Virus record (IMG/VR): IMGVR_UViG_3300002641_001608
DNA length: 64,000 nucleotides
Origin: a virus
Direction: 5' to 3' (one strand)
Shown: positions 1 through 11,883 of the stretch, piece by piece
Numbering within the stretch: the first letter of the stretch is position 1
Layout: each line of letters opens with the position of its first letter
The notes under the pieces: model-generated
Databases searched by the model: none
The model's input: only the letters and a program-made list of their open reading frames with translations
Told to the model about the DNA's origin: nothing
Translations under genes and position numbers: made by a program

Positions 1-2
1 AG

Positions 3-425
3 ACTGAAAATATAAATGATGACCTTGGAATAGAAGAAGGTGTTCCAAAAAAAGAAGAAATAGTACCAAATGCACAAAAAACTACAGTTAAAAATGGTAA
101 GGTTAGTTCAAAATCATTTACAGAAGCATTAACTAAATTCTTTAAAGAAAATTATAAAACAATTAAAGAAGTTAATGTATCTAAAATATCACAAAATAAA
201 TCAGGCGACCTTAAAATAGAAGCTGTAATTAAAAATCTAGGTAATAAGACTAAAGATATTTGCTTAGAAATGGCAAAAGTGCAAAGTGGAAAATCTTTTA
301 ATAAATATACATTAAAAGAAGCCAAAGGACTTATTAAAGAAAGTAAAAATGATAATAAAAAAATTACAATGATGACATTTAATAATAAAAATATTATGGA
401 GTGTAGATATTTATTAAAAAAATAA
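3..425 (+). CDS. hypothetical protein (5' truncated by window)
   Basis: Open frame from window edge to TAA at 423-425. Confidence 0.7.
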   Translation, partial: TENINDDLGIEEGVPKKEEIVPNAQKTTVKNGKVSSKSFTEALTKFFKENYKTIKEVNVSKISQNKSGDLKIEAVIKNLGNKTKDICLEMAKVQSGKSFNKYTLKEAKGLIKESKNDNKKITMMTFNNKNIMECRYLLKK

Positions 426-451
426 ATATATAAGAAAGGAGATAGTTAAAA

Positions 452-2294
452 ATGGCATTTATCAATATTACAACAAATAACCTATCAAGAGGGTTAGTTA
501 ACTCACCAACATTTGAAGACAACTGGGTATATATACCTCGGAACAACTATCAAAGGTGATTGGTCAAGACCTATACCTTTACGTTCTTTAGAAGAATTCA
601 AGCAACAATTCGGTTCACATAGTCCCGAAGGTTCTATTACATATGAATATGTTGGTGGAATTCTTAGTGCTGGATTGCCAGTATTATTCCAAAGAATAGC
701 TTGTGAAAATCAAGCAAGTGTATCTTGGTCACATAATATACCAGATATATCATCTACTGCTAAAAGAGCAAATTGTGCTACTTGTGCAATAACACATAAA
801 CCATCTGAAACTGCTGCATCTATTATAGATTGTGTAATAACAGAAAAATGGGGTGGTACATACGGTAATGGTATGAGTATCAGTATTCAAGAAAAAAATA
901 ATACAATAATCATAACAGTTAAATATGGTGCAACTATATTAGAAAGGGCTGATTTAATAACATTTAATGGTGAGGAAAGTGCCTATGATAAAAAATTAGC
1001 TGTAATAGAAGCAATTAATTCTATTGAATTAGAGACTATAAATATGAATGCACCTGTTGATATCGATGAGAAAACTGGTAAATATGCTGAGGAAGCCGTT
1101 AATGCATTTGAAATACCACTAACTGGAAAAATAACTATTGACACAAGTACAAACACAAGTACAAACACAAGTACAAGTACAAACACAAGTACAAGTACAG
1201 ATACAGGTACAAGTACAAACACAGGTACAAGTACAAACACAGGTACAAGTACAAGTACAAACACAAGCACAGCTGTATCTGATACTATATCTGGTACAGA
1301 AGTTGAAACTACTGTTAAGATGCAAGATAAATATGTGCCTTTAACTGGAGGAACTGACTTTAATGAAGCCTTAGTTCCAGCAGAAATACCTAAATTAATG
1401 TATCCAGAAGCAAATGGGGTTAAACCATTAATAATGGATAAAATTTTATATTCACCTAAATTTATAACATCTGGTGGATATACAGATAATTTACCTACAT
1501 CGACAAAAATAGGAGATGCAATGGAAAATTTGGCAGAGGCTAGACAAGACTGTAGAGCTTTAATAGATTTACCATTAGGAACTAAATTAGCTAAACAACA
1601 AGAATATGCTGGTAAATATCAATATAAACAATTAGCAAGTAACAGTATTATAACAAGTGCTAGTATATGTGCTCCTTGGTTATATATGCAAGTTGGTTCA
1701 ACATATATGTGGACACCACCTTCATTTGCATTCTTATCATTAATTGGTGGAAGTGTAAGTACTGGTGGAAAGACATATACACCAAAAGCAGGATTAGCAA
1801 CAGGAAGAGTTGTTGGAGTAATTAAACCTGAATTTGATATTGGTGCAGATATTGCAGAAGCTTGGCAAAAAGATGGAAATACAAATATTAATCCTATAAT
1901 GAGGTTACAAAGTGGTAATTATGTAATAGCTGGAAATAGTACATTATTAACAATTGATGAAGGTGAAATAAATGCGTTTAATGAAAGTAGTGCAGATTTA
2001 GCTATAATTGAAATAAGAAGATTTGTATATAATCTTGCCACAGAATTACAATATCAATATAATTCAAGTACAGCATTTGAAACATTCTCTATGAAAACAT
2101 CTAAAATGTTAAATACTATGATAACAGATGGAGCTGTCACAGACTATGCAATAGTAAATATTAGTACAAATGATGACCCAAGAACATTAAAAATAAAGTT
2201 AAATGTTTGGGTAACTCCAACAATCAAAGCTATAGAAATTTACTTAAATGTTGCATATGGAAATGTAACAATGGAAACAGGGGGTGAAGCTTAA
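452..2294 (+). CDS. contractile tail sheath protein, one +1 shift at CGG 539
   Basis: RBS then MAFINITTNNLSRGLVNSPTFEDNWVYIP-(C)-GTTIKGDWSRPIPLRS...; C-terminus with VWVTPTIKAIEIYLNV typical of gp18-like sheaths. Confidence 0.88.
539..541 (+). other. in-frame CGG +1 shift site (CCU CGG A)
   Basis: Joins frames 452 and 513. Confidence 0.9.
1139..1270 (+). repeat. acaagtacaaacacaagtac-type tandem repeat encoding a Thr/Ser/Asn/Gly-rich linker in the sheath
   Basis: Direct reading: (NTSTNTSTSTDTGTSTNTG...). Confidence 0.95.
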
Positions 2295-2296
2295 TT

Positions 2297-3050
2297 ATGG
2301 CATTAGAAAGAGGAACAATATCTGAAAATTTAGATATTAATAATGAAATTGTTAAAAACTACTTAGGTACATCATATATATTAAGTAATAAGGCAGATTT
2401 CGAACCACGGAAGAACATCAGACTTTATATTTAAAGTTAAATTTACAAGAGACTTATATGATATGAAAGGTAATTTTGTAGCATATGCTGATGAAGCAAC
2501 AGAAGCTTTAGCTTTATCACTAAGAGATTATACAGGACCTCAAATGACTGTAGATACATTATCAATTAGAACAGGTAATGGTATAGTTAATTATGCAGGA
2601 GTACCAAATATAGGTAATTCACCAATAAGCTTTACAGACTATATAGGACAAAAAACAGAATTTATACTTTTAGCTTGGTATGCTATGGCTCATAACATAT
2701 TGAATGATAAAATTGGTTTTAAAGAATACTATGCACAAGATGGTCTATTATATAAATGGGCTCCTAATGGAACAAGAGAAATCTCTTGGTGGTTATTAGG
2801 ATGTTGGATTAATGAATACAATCAAGGACAATTCAGTAGACAAAATCCTGATTTAAGACAATTTAGTACAACTATTCTTTATGATAAGCCAGTTCCATAT
2901 GGAACACCTGAATATTCAAAATGGAATGTACCAGCTGAGCAACTTGCAAATCAAGATGGAGATGCATATACAAAATATGGTAATAAAAATTATCTTGGTA
3001 CACAATCAGTTAATATTAAGGAAAAACAAAATTATACTTTTGAAGGATAA
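2297..3050 (+). CDS. tail tube protein (gp19-like), one +1 shift at CGG 2408
   Basis: MALERGTISENLDINNEIVKNYLGTSYILSNKADFEP-(C)-GRTSDFIFKVKFTRDLYDMKGNFVAY... Confidence 0.75.
2408..2410 (+). other. in-frame CGG +1 shift site (CCA CGG A)
   Basis: Joins frame 2297 to ORF 2463. Confidence 0.9.
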
Positions 3051-3052
3051 TA

Positions 3053-3081
3053 AAAGAGAGGATATAACCTCTCTTTTTAAT
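3053..3081 (+). terminator. rho-independent terminator-like hairpin
   Basis: aaagagagg-atataa-cctctcttt followed by T-rich tract. Confidence 0.8.
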
Positions 3082-3131
3082 TTATGTAAAATATTATTGA
3101 GTAGAAAGATATTTTACGGAGGTAGATAGAA

Positions 3132-5275
3132 TTGGATATTGCTAATAACAATGATAATATACAATTACTAGAAAGATTAAGTGATGATGAAAAAGCTGTC
3201 GTTAGACAGATACTTCTTGATGTTTCCGAAAATGGTAAATCTGAAGAATTAACAAATCTTTACTATGAAGATTATGAAGAGATACCCGTTGACTTGGAAA
3301 CTTTTTTGTGTGAAGAACAGTATCTTGGAAAGTATACTAATTATGGCAAAGATATATATGATACTTGGAAAAAAGAATTAAAATATGTGCACAATCCTAT
3401 AAACTTTGTAGACCAATGGGCTATAACTGGAAGTACTGGAACTCGGAAAATCAACTGTTGCGACATACTCATTATGTTATGAATTGTATAAACTTATGTG
3501 TCTTAAAAATCCAAATAGATTTTATTTAAGTGCTAATGAAACAATATGGTTTTTATTTTTTAATGTTACATTAAAAATGGCTGAAAAGACTATGTGGGGT
3601 AAAGTACAAAAAGCATTACAAATGTCACCTTGGTTTATGGAAAGAGGCACTGTAACAGGTAGAACTAACTTGGTATACCAACCAAATAAAGATATTAAAC
3701 TAGGTATAGGTTCTACAGAAGAACACGCATTATCTATAGCTGTTATGTATGCAGCAATGGATGAGATGTCTTTTGGAGAAAATGATAATGTAGAATATCT
3801 ACAAACAGGTATGATGGCAATTTATAATCAGTTATATTTACGTTTATCATCTCGTTTTATGCGTGGTGGTCGTATACAGGGTAGAATGTATTTAGTGTCA
3901 TCAGCTAAATCAACTAATGCTGTTCTTGAAAGTTTTATTAGGGATAATGAAGGACAACCTCGGAATGCACGTATCAAGATATAAACAATGGGAAGTATTA
4001 CCTGCTAGTAAATTTAGTGGTCAATGGTTTAAATTTGCTGTTGGTAATGAATTATTAGAAAGTTTTATTATAGGTACAAAATATACTGATGAAGACTTAA
4101 TGGAATATGAGAAACAAGGTTATCAAATAATAGACATACCCCTAGAAATGTTACATAGGTTTGAGATGGATATGAATAGAACATTAATAGATACCTGTGG
4201 TATTGCAGTACAATCAAGTTATAAATATATACCATATAAACTGGTACAACCTTGTGTCGGCTTGGGTTCAAATCCATTTCAGAAAGAGATATTAAAAATA
4301 GGTTTAAAAGACCAATACCAAATCAAAGACTTTTTTATACCAGAACTAGTACCAGAAATAATATATACCAAAAAAATTTATATACACTGCGACTTATCAA
4401 AATCAGGTGATATGACAGGAATAAGTGCTGTTGCAGTTTTAGGGTATAAAAATCAAGAAAGGTTTGATGACACAGGAGAAAGCAATACATTAAAAGAAAT
4501 AGTATTTAGACACGTATTTAGTGTTGGGTTACAATGTCCACCTAATGATGAATTAAGTATGATAAAAGTTAAGGATTTTTTACATTATCTTAAATTTGAA
4601 TTGGGTTGGAATATTGTGGGAGTAAGTTGTGATGGATATCAATCTTTAATGTTATTACAAAGTTTAAAAATAGATGGATTTGATGCTAAAGAAATATCTA
4701 TGGATATAGTTAGTACTAAAACGAAAGAATGTGTTGGATATACTATATTTAGAAATACATTAGTAGAGCAACGTATAAAATTACTAAATTTATATGAACT
4801 TACAAGAGAAATAACAAACTTAGAAAAGAATGAAGCTACAGGAAAAGTAGACCACCCAAAACAAGTAACTAAAGTATTAGAAGATGGTACAAAAGTTAAG
4901 TCTGTTGGTAAAGATATTAGTGATAGCTTAGGTGGAGCTATATATAATGCTACGGTATCAGTTGATTTAAATGAATTAGATTATTTAGATGGTGTTACAA
5001 TTACTGATAATAATGTATTACTGAATAATAGTAGTAACTTGGCAGACCAGTTTTTTGGAATTTCTACAAATCCAGTTGATGGTTCTATAAGAATGTTACC
5101 ACAAAATAGTAATGATATAGATGAGCAACTTAATGTAGATATACAAAAAGAAATAAAACGTACTCAAGGAATATTACAACAAGTAAAATCAACAAACCCT
5201 AAAACTAGGTTGTCTGACCAGCAAATATTGGATTTATATGATGAAATGAATACAGATGGATTTGTAATATTTTAA
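3132..5275 (+). CDS. terL: terminase large subunit, two +1 shifts at CGG 3444 and 3961
   Basis: WAITGSTGT-(C)-GKSTVATYSLCYELYKLMCLKNPNRF... P-loop; nuclease part with HCDLSKSGDMTG and GVSCDGYQSLMLLQSLKIDG. Confidence 0.9.
3444..3446 (+). other. in-frame CGG +1 shift site (ACU CGG A)
   Basis: Restores TerL P-loop GTGKST. Confidence 0.95.
3961..3963 (+). other. in-frame CGG +1 shift site (CCU CGG A)
   Basis: Joins ORF 3484 and ORF 3917. Confidence 0.95.
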
Positions 5276-5332
5276 ACAAATGTAAAATATTAATGTAGAT
5301 AAAAATATTATTTATAATGGAGGTAGAAAATT

Positions 5333-6115
5333 ATGGATGAGAACAAAGAAATCTTACCAGATGTTAAAAACATTAAATCACAAGAAAGTTATACATTACC
5401 AAGTAAAGGATTGGTATATGCACCTGAGTATCATATACCAGCTGCTATTACTTTAAGGCGTATGACAACTAAGGAAGAAAAAATGAGGCTTAGAAATGAA
5501 GGGGAAGAAAAAATAAGAAGAGACTTATTACAAGCTTGTATTTTAGAAAATATTGATGCGAATGTTTTAAAACTAGAAGATGCAAATTTTCTATTATTTA
5601 GATTAAGAGCACTAAGTTTACTTGATGATACATATAAGGTTAGAGTTGTATGCCCAAATTGTGGGACACAGTTTGTACATCAATTAAATCTTAGTGAAGT
5701 TCCAATTAAATATATGGAAGAAAAAAAATTAAAAGATTTAAAAGTAGAATTACCTATATCAAAAGCAAAAATAGACTTTAAATTACCATCTATTGGAGAT
5801 ATTATAATAATGGGAGATAAAATAAGAGATTATTTAGATAGATTTCCAAATGCTGATAGAGGAGAACTATTATATACATTATCATCTATGTTATATATAG
5901 ATAAAGTTGATGGTCAAACTATGATGAGTGAAGTATTAGAAGATTATATAAATAATATGGATATTATAGATGCCAGAGCTGTTAAAGATATAATAAATAA
6001 TTTAGATGGTCTATATGGATTTGATGAAAATATTCAATGTGAATGTCCAAATTGTAAACAAGAAGTTACACACGGACTTCCTATAACAAGTGAATTATTT
6101 AATCCCAGTAAGTAA
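5333..6115 (+). CDS. putative baseplate-associated protein with two CPNC zinc-knuckle-like motifs
   Basis: VRVVCPNCGTQF...CECPNCKQEV; located between terminase and tape measure. Confidence 0.4.
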   Translation: MDENKEILPDVKNIKSQESYTLPSKGLVYAPEYHIPAAITLRRMTTKEEKMRLRNEGEEKIRRDLLQACILENIDANVLKLEDANFLLFRLRALSLLDDTYKVRVVCPNCGTQFVHQLNLSEVPIKYMEEKKLKDLKVELPISKAKIDFKLPSIGDIIIMGDKIRDYLDRFPNADRGELLYTLSSMLYIDKVDGQTMMSEVLEDYINNMDIIDARAVKDIINNLDGLYGFDENIQCECPNCKQEVTHGLPITSELFNPSK

Positions 6116-6347
6116 CCTCTATATTAATGCTGAGAATAAAGAAAAAATACGACAATTTAATAAAGAGGATTTTGAAAATATATTAACACAGCAAATAATA
6201 ATTAGTCAGCTATCTAATGGAATTACTTACCAAGATACTGAAAATATGGATGAATATGAAAGAGTTTTTATAATTAAAAAATTAATAGCTATGAAAAAAG
6301 ATGAAATTGAAGCTCGTAAAGAAGCTATGAAAAATATGGGGAAATAA
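6090..6347 (+). CDS. hypothetical protein preceding tape measure
   Basis: Open frame; position resembles tape measure chaperone. Confidence 0.5.
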   Translation: MNYLIPVSNLYINAENKEKIRQFNKEDFENILTQQIIISQLSNGITYQDTENMDEYERVFIIKKLIAMKKDEIEARKEAMKNMGK

Positions 6348-6349
6348 TA

Positions 6350-6380
6350 AAGAAGAGTATTAGTTACTCTTCTTTTAATT
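6350..6380. terminator. bidirectional terminator-like hairpin between convergent genes
   Basis: aagaagagta...tactcttctt with flanking A/T runs. Confidence 0.75.
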
Positions 6381-6924
6381 TATGTTCATATTTATATTTT
6401 GTAAGTTGTTTGTCAATTATATTAGCTTTATTATGTTGTTCATTCATTAATACTGATGTAATTATTATACCTATAATAGCTATAGGTAAGGATGCTATAC
6501 CTATTACTTTCACTATATCAGGCACTGATGTAAAATTTAGAGGTATTCCGAATGTAATAGCACAAACTAACAAATATATAAATAATGTTTTAATTACATC
6601 TAGATTTGCGTAATGTTTTATACATTTTTTGCCCTCATCAGCTATTTCCATAAACTCGAAATATTCAGGTGAACCGGCTTCAAAATAGCCTAATGGTGAT
6701 AAAGCACCTAATTGGAATTTTGTTATTGGGTCAGAATAATCTAACTCAGATTTTGTTGGGTTAACGCTCTTAGCAATCTGTTCTAATGATTGTGCCTGTT
6801 CATATAATAAAACATCTCTTTCATAATTGAATAATCTTTCATTTTCATTCATTTTATCGTATTTTATATCAAATAAACTTGGTTTCATTAACATAATAAT
6901 CATCTCCTTTAATATAATAAACAT
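6364..6924 (-). CDS. small predicted membrane protein, moron-like
   Basis: Hydrophobic segments TLFIYLLVCAITFGI and VIGIASLPIAIIGIIITSVLM; the only convincing minus-strand gene here. Confidence 0.75.
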   Translation of the reverse strand: MFIILKEMIIMLMKPSLFDIKYDKMNENERLFNYERDVLLYEQAQSLEQIAKSVNPTKSELDYSDPITKFQLGALSPLGYFEAGSPEYFEFMEIADEGKKCIKHYANLDVIKTLFIYLLVCAITFGIPLNFTSVPDIVKVIGIASLPIAIIGIIITSVLMNEQHNKANIIDKQLTKYKYEHKLKEE

Positions 6925-6938
6925 TTCCCTCTAATTAT

Positions 6939-6967
6939 ATTATACCACAACTTTTGGTTTTTGTCAA
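6939..6967 (-). promoter_or_regulatory. sigma70-type promoter for the minus-strand gene
   Basis: Minus strand TTGACA-17 nt-TATAAT. Confidence 0.8.
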
Positions 6968-7079
6968 CCAATTTTATACATCTTTATTAATATTAAATAT
7001 ATGTAAATGATTGCTTAATATTGCTAAATTTCTACATTTGTAAAATATTATTAAGAAATATAGATTGTGGAGATGTAAT

Positions 7080-9763
7080 ATGGCTAATAAAAGTAATTTT
7101 TTTAGTGATGATAATTTAAAAATGTTGGAAAAGTTTGTATCACTAATGGACAAAATGCAAAAAGAGTTAAAAGAAGCAGGAGTTAATCAAGATACGCTTA
7201 ATAAGAAAACTAAAAATCAAGCTGATATGCTTGATTATATTAATAACCAGTTAGAGCACGGTGGGGACATTAATGTCGAAAAATATCAGAGAATGAATGA
7301 GCTTTTAAGTGATGCTAGAGAATTAAGTAAACGAGAATATAAAACTCTTGAAGAAAAGGCTAAATTACAAGATAAAATTAATCGTAAGTTATGGGAAAGA
7401 CGAGATATACTAAAAGATATAGAAAATCAAAATAAAGCCCAGCAAAGATTAGATAAAATAGCTGATACTAAAAGAGAAATATTGTATTCAGCGATAGGTA
7501 CAAATGCCCAAAATGTACAAGATATGAAAGATGGTACATATGGTATGAAAGCCGTTGCTAGAGTATTTAAGGAAGCTGTTAATATATTTAAAACTGCTGT
7601 TGAGACTGGTATTAAAGCTAACTATGAAACAACAGAAAATACCTTAAATAGAATAGTTGCATCTAATTCTACTGGTGGCAGGTTTAACTGGAATAGAGGT
7701 AACTTTTCTCTTGGTAGTAATACTTATAGAGGTTATAAACAAATAAATAATGCTGTTGTTGATAGCTTAAATCGAGATAATTTATATAATAATATTAGTA
7801 ATACCTCTGTTGTAGAAGCGGCGGCTAAACTAACTTCTGAAAGTGGTTTTGGATTAGAAGAAGCTATAGCTAAAGGTTATCAAGATACAGTCATTAAATA
7901 TATTGTACCTTATATGGATACTACTAGCGAGGCTTTTGAAAGTTTAGAAATGATGATGCCTCGGAATTTCAAAAAATGTGGCAGCAATTAATATATCTAC
8001 AAGAGACCAATTCGGTGAAAGTCAGTATTTAAGTAAACATACAAATGACCTCATTGAATTAATGCGACCAGTTGCAATGCAAGCAAACAAGGAATTATAT
8101 AGCGATGTTTATCAAAATATAGCAAACCAAGCACAAGCTATGGTTAGTTCTGGATATCTAGATGAGAGTGAGGTTCAGAGCTATGTAAATAAAGCATTTG
8201 AATTATATATGAACCCAACATTGGGAATGCAAAGTGGTTCAGTTTCTGATAAAATGACAATATTAAGTGCTGTTCAAAATGGTGGGATAGATAATCCTGC
8301 ATCTTATTTACAAGGATTAAGAAATACTACTACTTTTGCTAAGAATTCTGCTAGTGGAAATACTTGGGCTATGGGAGCTATTCAAGGTGCTTGGGGTACA
8401 CAAAATTTAAGAATGGTTAATGCATCTAGAGATGGAGATGTTACAAAATCATTGGAGAGAACATCTAATAAGACCCAAGATGAGCTGGATAAGATATATG
8501 ATAACCAAGTGAAAAATGCTGATGATTTTAATACAACCTCACAAAAATGGTCTACTTGGTTTGAAAATGCTACCACTTGGATAGGTGATATAAAAGCATC
8601 TATTGGAGATAAAATGTGGAATATAGGAAAAGTCATTATTGAAGGTGTAGTAGGTGGAATTACAGCATACCTAGGAGGTAAATTTTTAATTAAGACTGCT
8701 GGAAGTGCTATAGGTAAAGCCATAAAAGGTACAGCAGGAGCTGTAGGTGGTGAAGCAGCAATTGGAGGAGCTAAATCAGCCGGTGGAGGTTTATTAGCAA
8801 CTGGTGGAGGTGTTGCTATATCTGCGGTTGCTATATCTGCTTTAGCCTTAGCTATAGGTTCAGCAGTAGCAGATAAAATGTGGGATAGTTCTGGTGAACA
8901 CGGTAAGAAAGTTGCAGAAGAAGAATTGAAGGGCACCAAGTATGAAGGAAATTCGGCTGCTCAATCACTATTATCTGCTGTACACACTCAGAATGATGCT
9001 GGATGGTTTCAAAAAGAATTTGGAAATGTTGGTTCTGGTATATCAATGATGTTTAGTAATATGTTTCAAGGTAAAGCTGATAAGAATAAAAACTTTTTAC
9101 AATGGGCTATTCAATCTGGTGCTTTAGGTGATGATAAAACGGATGATAGTCAGCAGTTAGGTAGACTATTGACACTAGCGATGATTTATGCTCAAAATCG
9201 GTTATTTAGACAGTTTTAATAAGGGATTACAAGAAGCTGGTATTAATGAGAGTATAAATAGTAAAGAAGATATTGGTAAAATGATACGTGAGGCTGGTAT
9301 AACAAAACAAACTATTGAAAAATATGCTTCAGTTTTAATAAAAGCTGGTTGGGGAAAGATAAATACAGAAAGTGGTACACTTGAGAGTTTTACTGTAGAT
9401 GGAAAACAGTTTGGACTTAGTGGAGTATTAGGATTTAGACAAGGTTTATCAAAAGTACCATATGATGATTATCCAGCTATATTACACGAAGGAGAAGCTG
9501 TATTAACATCAAGTACAGCAAATGAATTAAGAAATTTATTAACAGAATATAGAGCAAATAATCAAGCAGTAATAACATTAGATACAACTATACAAAATCA
9601 AACAGTAGAACTTGTAGCAAAGCTTGATGAAGTAATTACAGCAATTAATTCATCTGGTACTATAGGAGCTACATCTACAAAATCAATAGACCAAGCAAAT
9701 GCAATACAAAAGTTACAATATAGTATGACACATTTGGTTAGTACAAAAAGTGCCTTAAATTAG
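7080..9763 (+). CDS. tail tape measure protein, two +1 shifts at CGG 7962 and 9199
   Basis: Three ORFs join seamlessly: ...MMMP-(C)-GISKNVAAINIS... and ...YAQN-(C)-GYLDSFNKGLQEAG; helical N-terminus, Ala/Gly-rich hydrophobic segment. Confidence 0.75.
7962..7964 (+). other. in-frame CGG +1 shift site (CCU CGG A)
   Basis: Joins ORF 7065 and ORF 7978. Confidence 0.9.
9199..9201 (+). other. in-frame CGG +1 shift site (AAU CGG U)
   Basis: Joins ORF 7978 and ORF 9188. Confidence 0.9.
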
Positions 9764-9799
9764 GTAAGATATTAAACAGTGGGAGAGAAGTGTAAATAT

Positions 9800-11880
9800 A
9801 TGAATATAAAATTTGGAATGAATAACTTTTATACTAGATATTTAAAAAGATTTTTAAACAGCGAATATCAACAATCTTCTAATATACTTGGAAGATTTGA
9901 TAAAAATGATTTAAACGCATTAATTAAATATTTAGATTTACCTAATACTGAAACAATATTTGATGTATATAAAGGAGTAATAGAAAAATTTCCTGAGCTA
10001 CAAACATTATTTAATATGACTTTAGAGGATGACCGAATATTATTTATATGTAAATCAATTACAACTGAGACTGAAGAGTTTTTAAATAAAAAATACAATG
10101 ACATATCTGAATACTGTGCAAGTGTTGGTTGGAAAGTCTCAAATATGGCTAATTGGATAGACCACAATATGGATATAAATAGTGATGGCAAAATAGATGA
10201 AACAGATAGAGCTATTTTAAATGATATTGTAAATAATGGTGCATTATATTCAGATGATATTATGAAAAAAGCTGATTTAAATATAGATGGATTTATTAAT
10301 TATGAAGATATAGATGTTTTAGATAATTATATGTATGAACATAGATTATCCATAACATTACAAAGTGAAGGTAGAGCTAATATATTTCCTAATGAAGATA
10401 TGAAGGTATTTGTAAATCAATTTACAGGCGAATTTTTATATAATTTTGCAATTAAAGATGCTGATGGTGAAGGTGCTGATAATGTTGTACATTCGGTAAA
10501 ATCCAATAATTATAAAATAGGTTTGTTTAGATGTAAACCTCGGTCAAAAATTGACTATATCTCATAATTGCAGTAATGATGAACCAACTAGATTGGTTAT
10601 TGGATGTACATCTAAATTATATAAATCTAGTATAGTTGGTGAACTTCTTACAGATGTAGTTGATGTTGAATTAAAACCTCGGAGAATATGTTAAATATAC
10701 AACCACAATTGATGCTGATAGAGAAGCTAAAACAACAGATGCCAAATGGGTATGCATACAGTGCCCATCAGATTATGATAATATGTTAGGTATGCAAGAT
10801 AAAACAATTTATTTAGATGTAGGAGATATAAATTTTGATGGTAAAATAGATAATGAAGATTATATGTTACTAGCTCAATATACTGCTACAGGACCAAATG
10901 CAGATAAATTACCATATAATAAAGCCAACTGGACACCTACAGACAAACAACTGGCTGTTATGAATTGTAGGAGAGATAACGAGTGGCATATACAGAACAT
11001 TAATATTGATGATGCAATATATTTATATAATTATATAAATAATATTGGTGGGATTATTGATTTAGGTGTTACTCCATATACAGTAAAAGCAAATGTAAGT
11101 TATGAGGTAACAAAAAATGTAAGTAATCTCCTAATAATAGAAGGACATTATGATGATACTGTTAATATACCATTTTTAGAATTTACTAAAAATGATTGGG
11201 CAATACACGATAAGTTTTTTAATTATTTATTTGGAATGGCAATACATAAATATAGTAATACTGAAAATATATCATATTTACAGAAGTTACTAAAAGAAGC
11301 TTATCCTATGTATTATGATGACACAGCAACATTTCAAGTTGGTATATATACAGATAATATGAAAAACATAATGAAAGATTATCAAGTAAAACAATTAAAT
11401 TATACAGTAGGAGATTTAAATAATGATAACAAACTTACAGTAGCTGATTTAACATTACTTAGAAATTATCTAGATGACAGTGCAGATTATACTACAGTTT
11501 ATAAATATCTATTAGACCCGATATTATATCCATTAACAGAGGATGAAATAAAACGTTTAGACCAAGATGGAGATAATTTTTTAACAACGAATGATTTGAA
11601 TATTTTAAATAATAAATTGTCTCAAAAATATTCTGCGACATTACGAAGTAGAGCTGACATAGATGGTAATGGTCTTGTTGAAGAATTTGACTATACCTTA
11701 TTAAGTGAGATAATAGATAAAGGCTATGCTGTATATATAGATAAATATGGTAATGAAATATATAAAGATTTAAAAAATTACACTATTCCATTTCAATTGG
11801 GCTGGATGGATGTGCAAACAGAAAGAATTTTAGAATATGATGTTAATGGTCTTGGAAATATTTCGGAGGTGAGTAAGTAA
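9800..11880 (+). CDS. virion protein with multiple dockerin-like/EF-hand repeats, two +1 shifts at CGG 10541 and 10680
   Basis: MDINSDGKIDETD, ADLNIDGFINYED, GDINFDGKIDNED, GDLNNDNKLTVAD, ADIDGNGLVEEFD; joins CKP-(C)-GQKLTISHNCSNDEP and ELKP-(C)-GEYVKYTTTIDADR. Confidence 0.75.
10541..10543 (+). other. in-frame CGG +1 shift site (CCU CGG U)
   Basis: Exits ORF 9779. Confidence 0.9.
10680..10682 (+). other. in-frame CGG +1 shift site (CCU CGG A)
   Basis: Enters ORF 10783; 46 sense codons lie between the two sites. Confidence 0.9.
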
Positions 11881-11883
11881 AAT

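Noticed and set aside
1139-1270. Possible CRISPR array
   Set aside because: No spacers; a direct tandem repeat that is translated in frame as part of the sheath.
983-1344. ORFs on both strands (983-1270 -, 1119-1325 -, 1138-1344 +) over the repeat
   Set aside because: Low-complexity repeat open in several frames; inside the sheath gene.
8382-8939. 185-aa minus-strand ORF
   Set aside because: Antisense of the Ala/Gly-rich tape measure segment; compositional shadow, no RBS.
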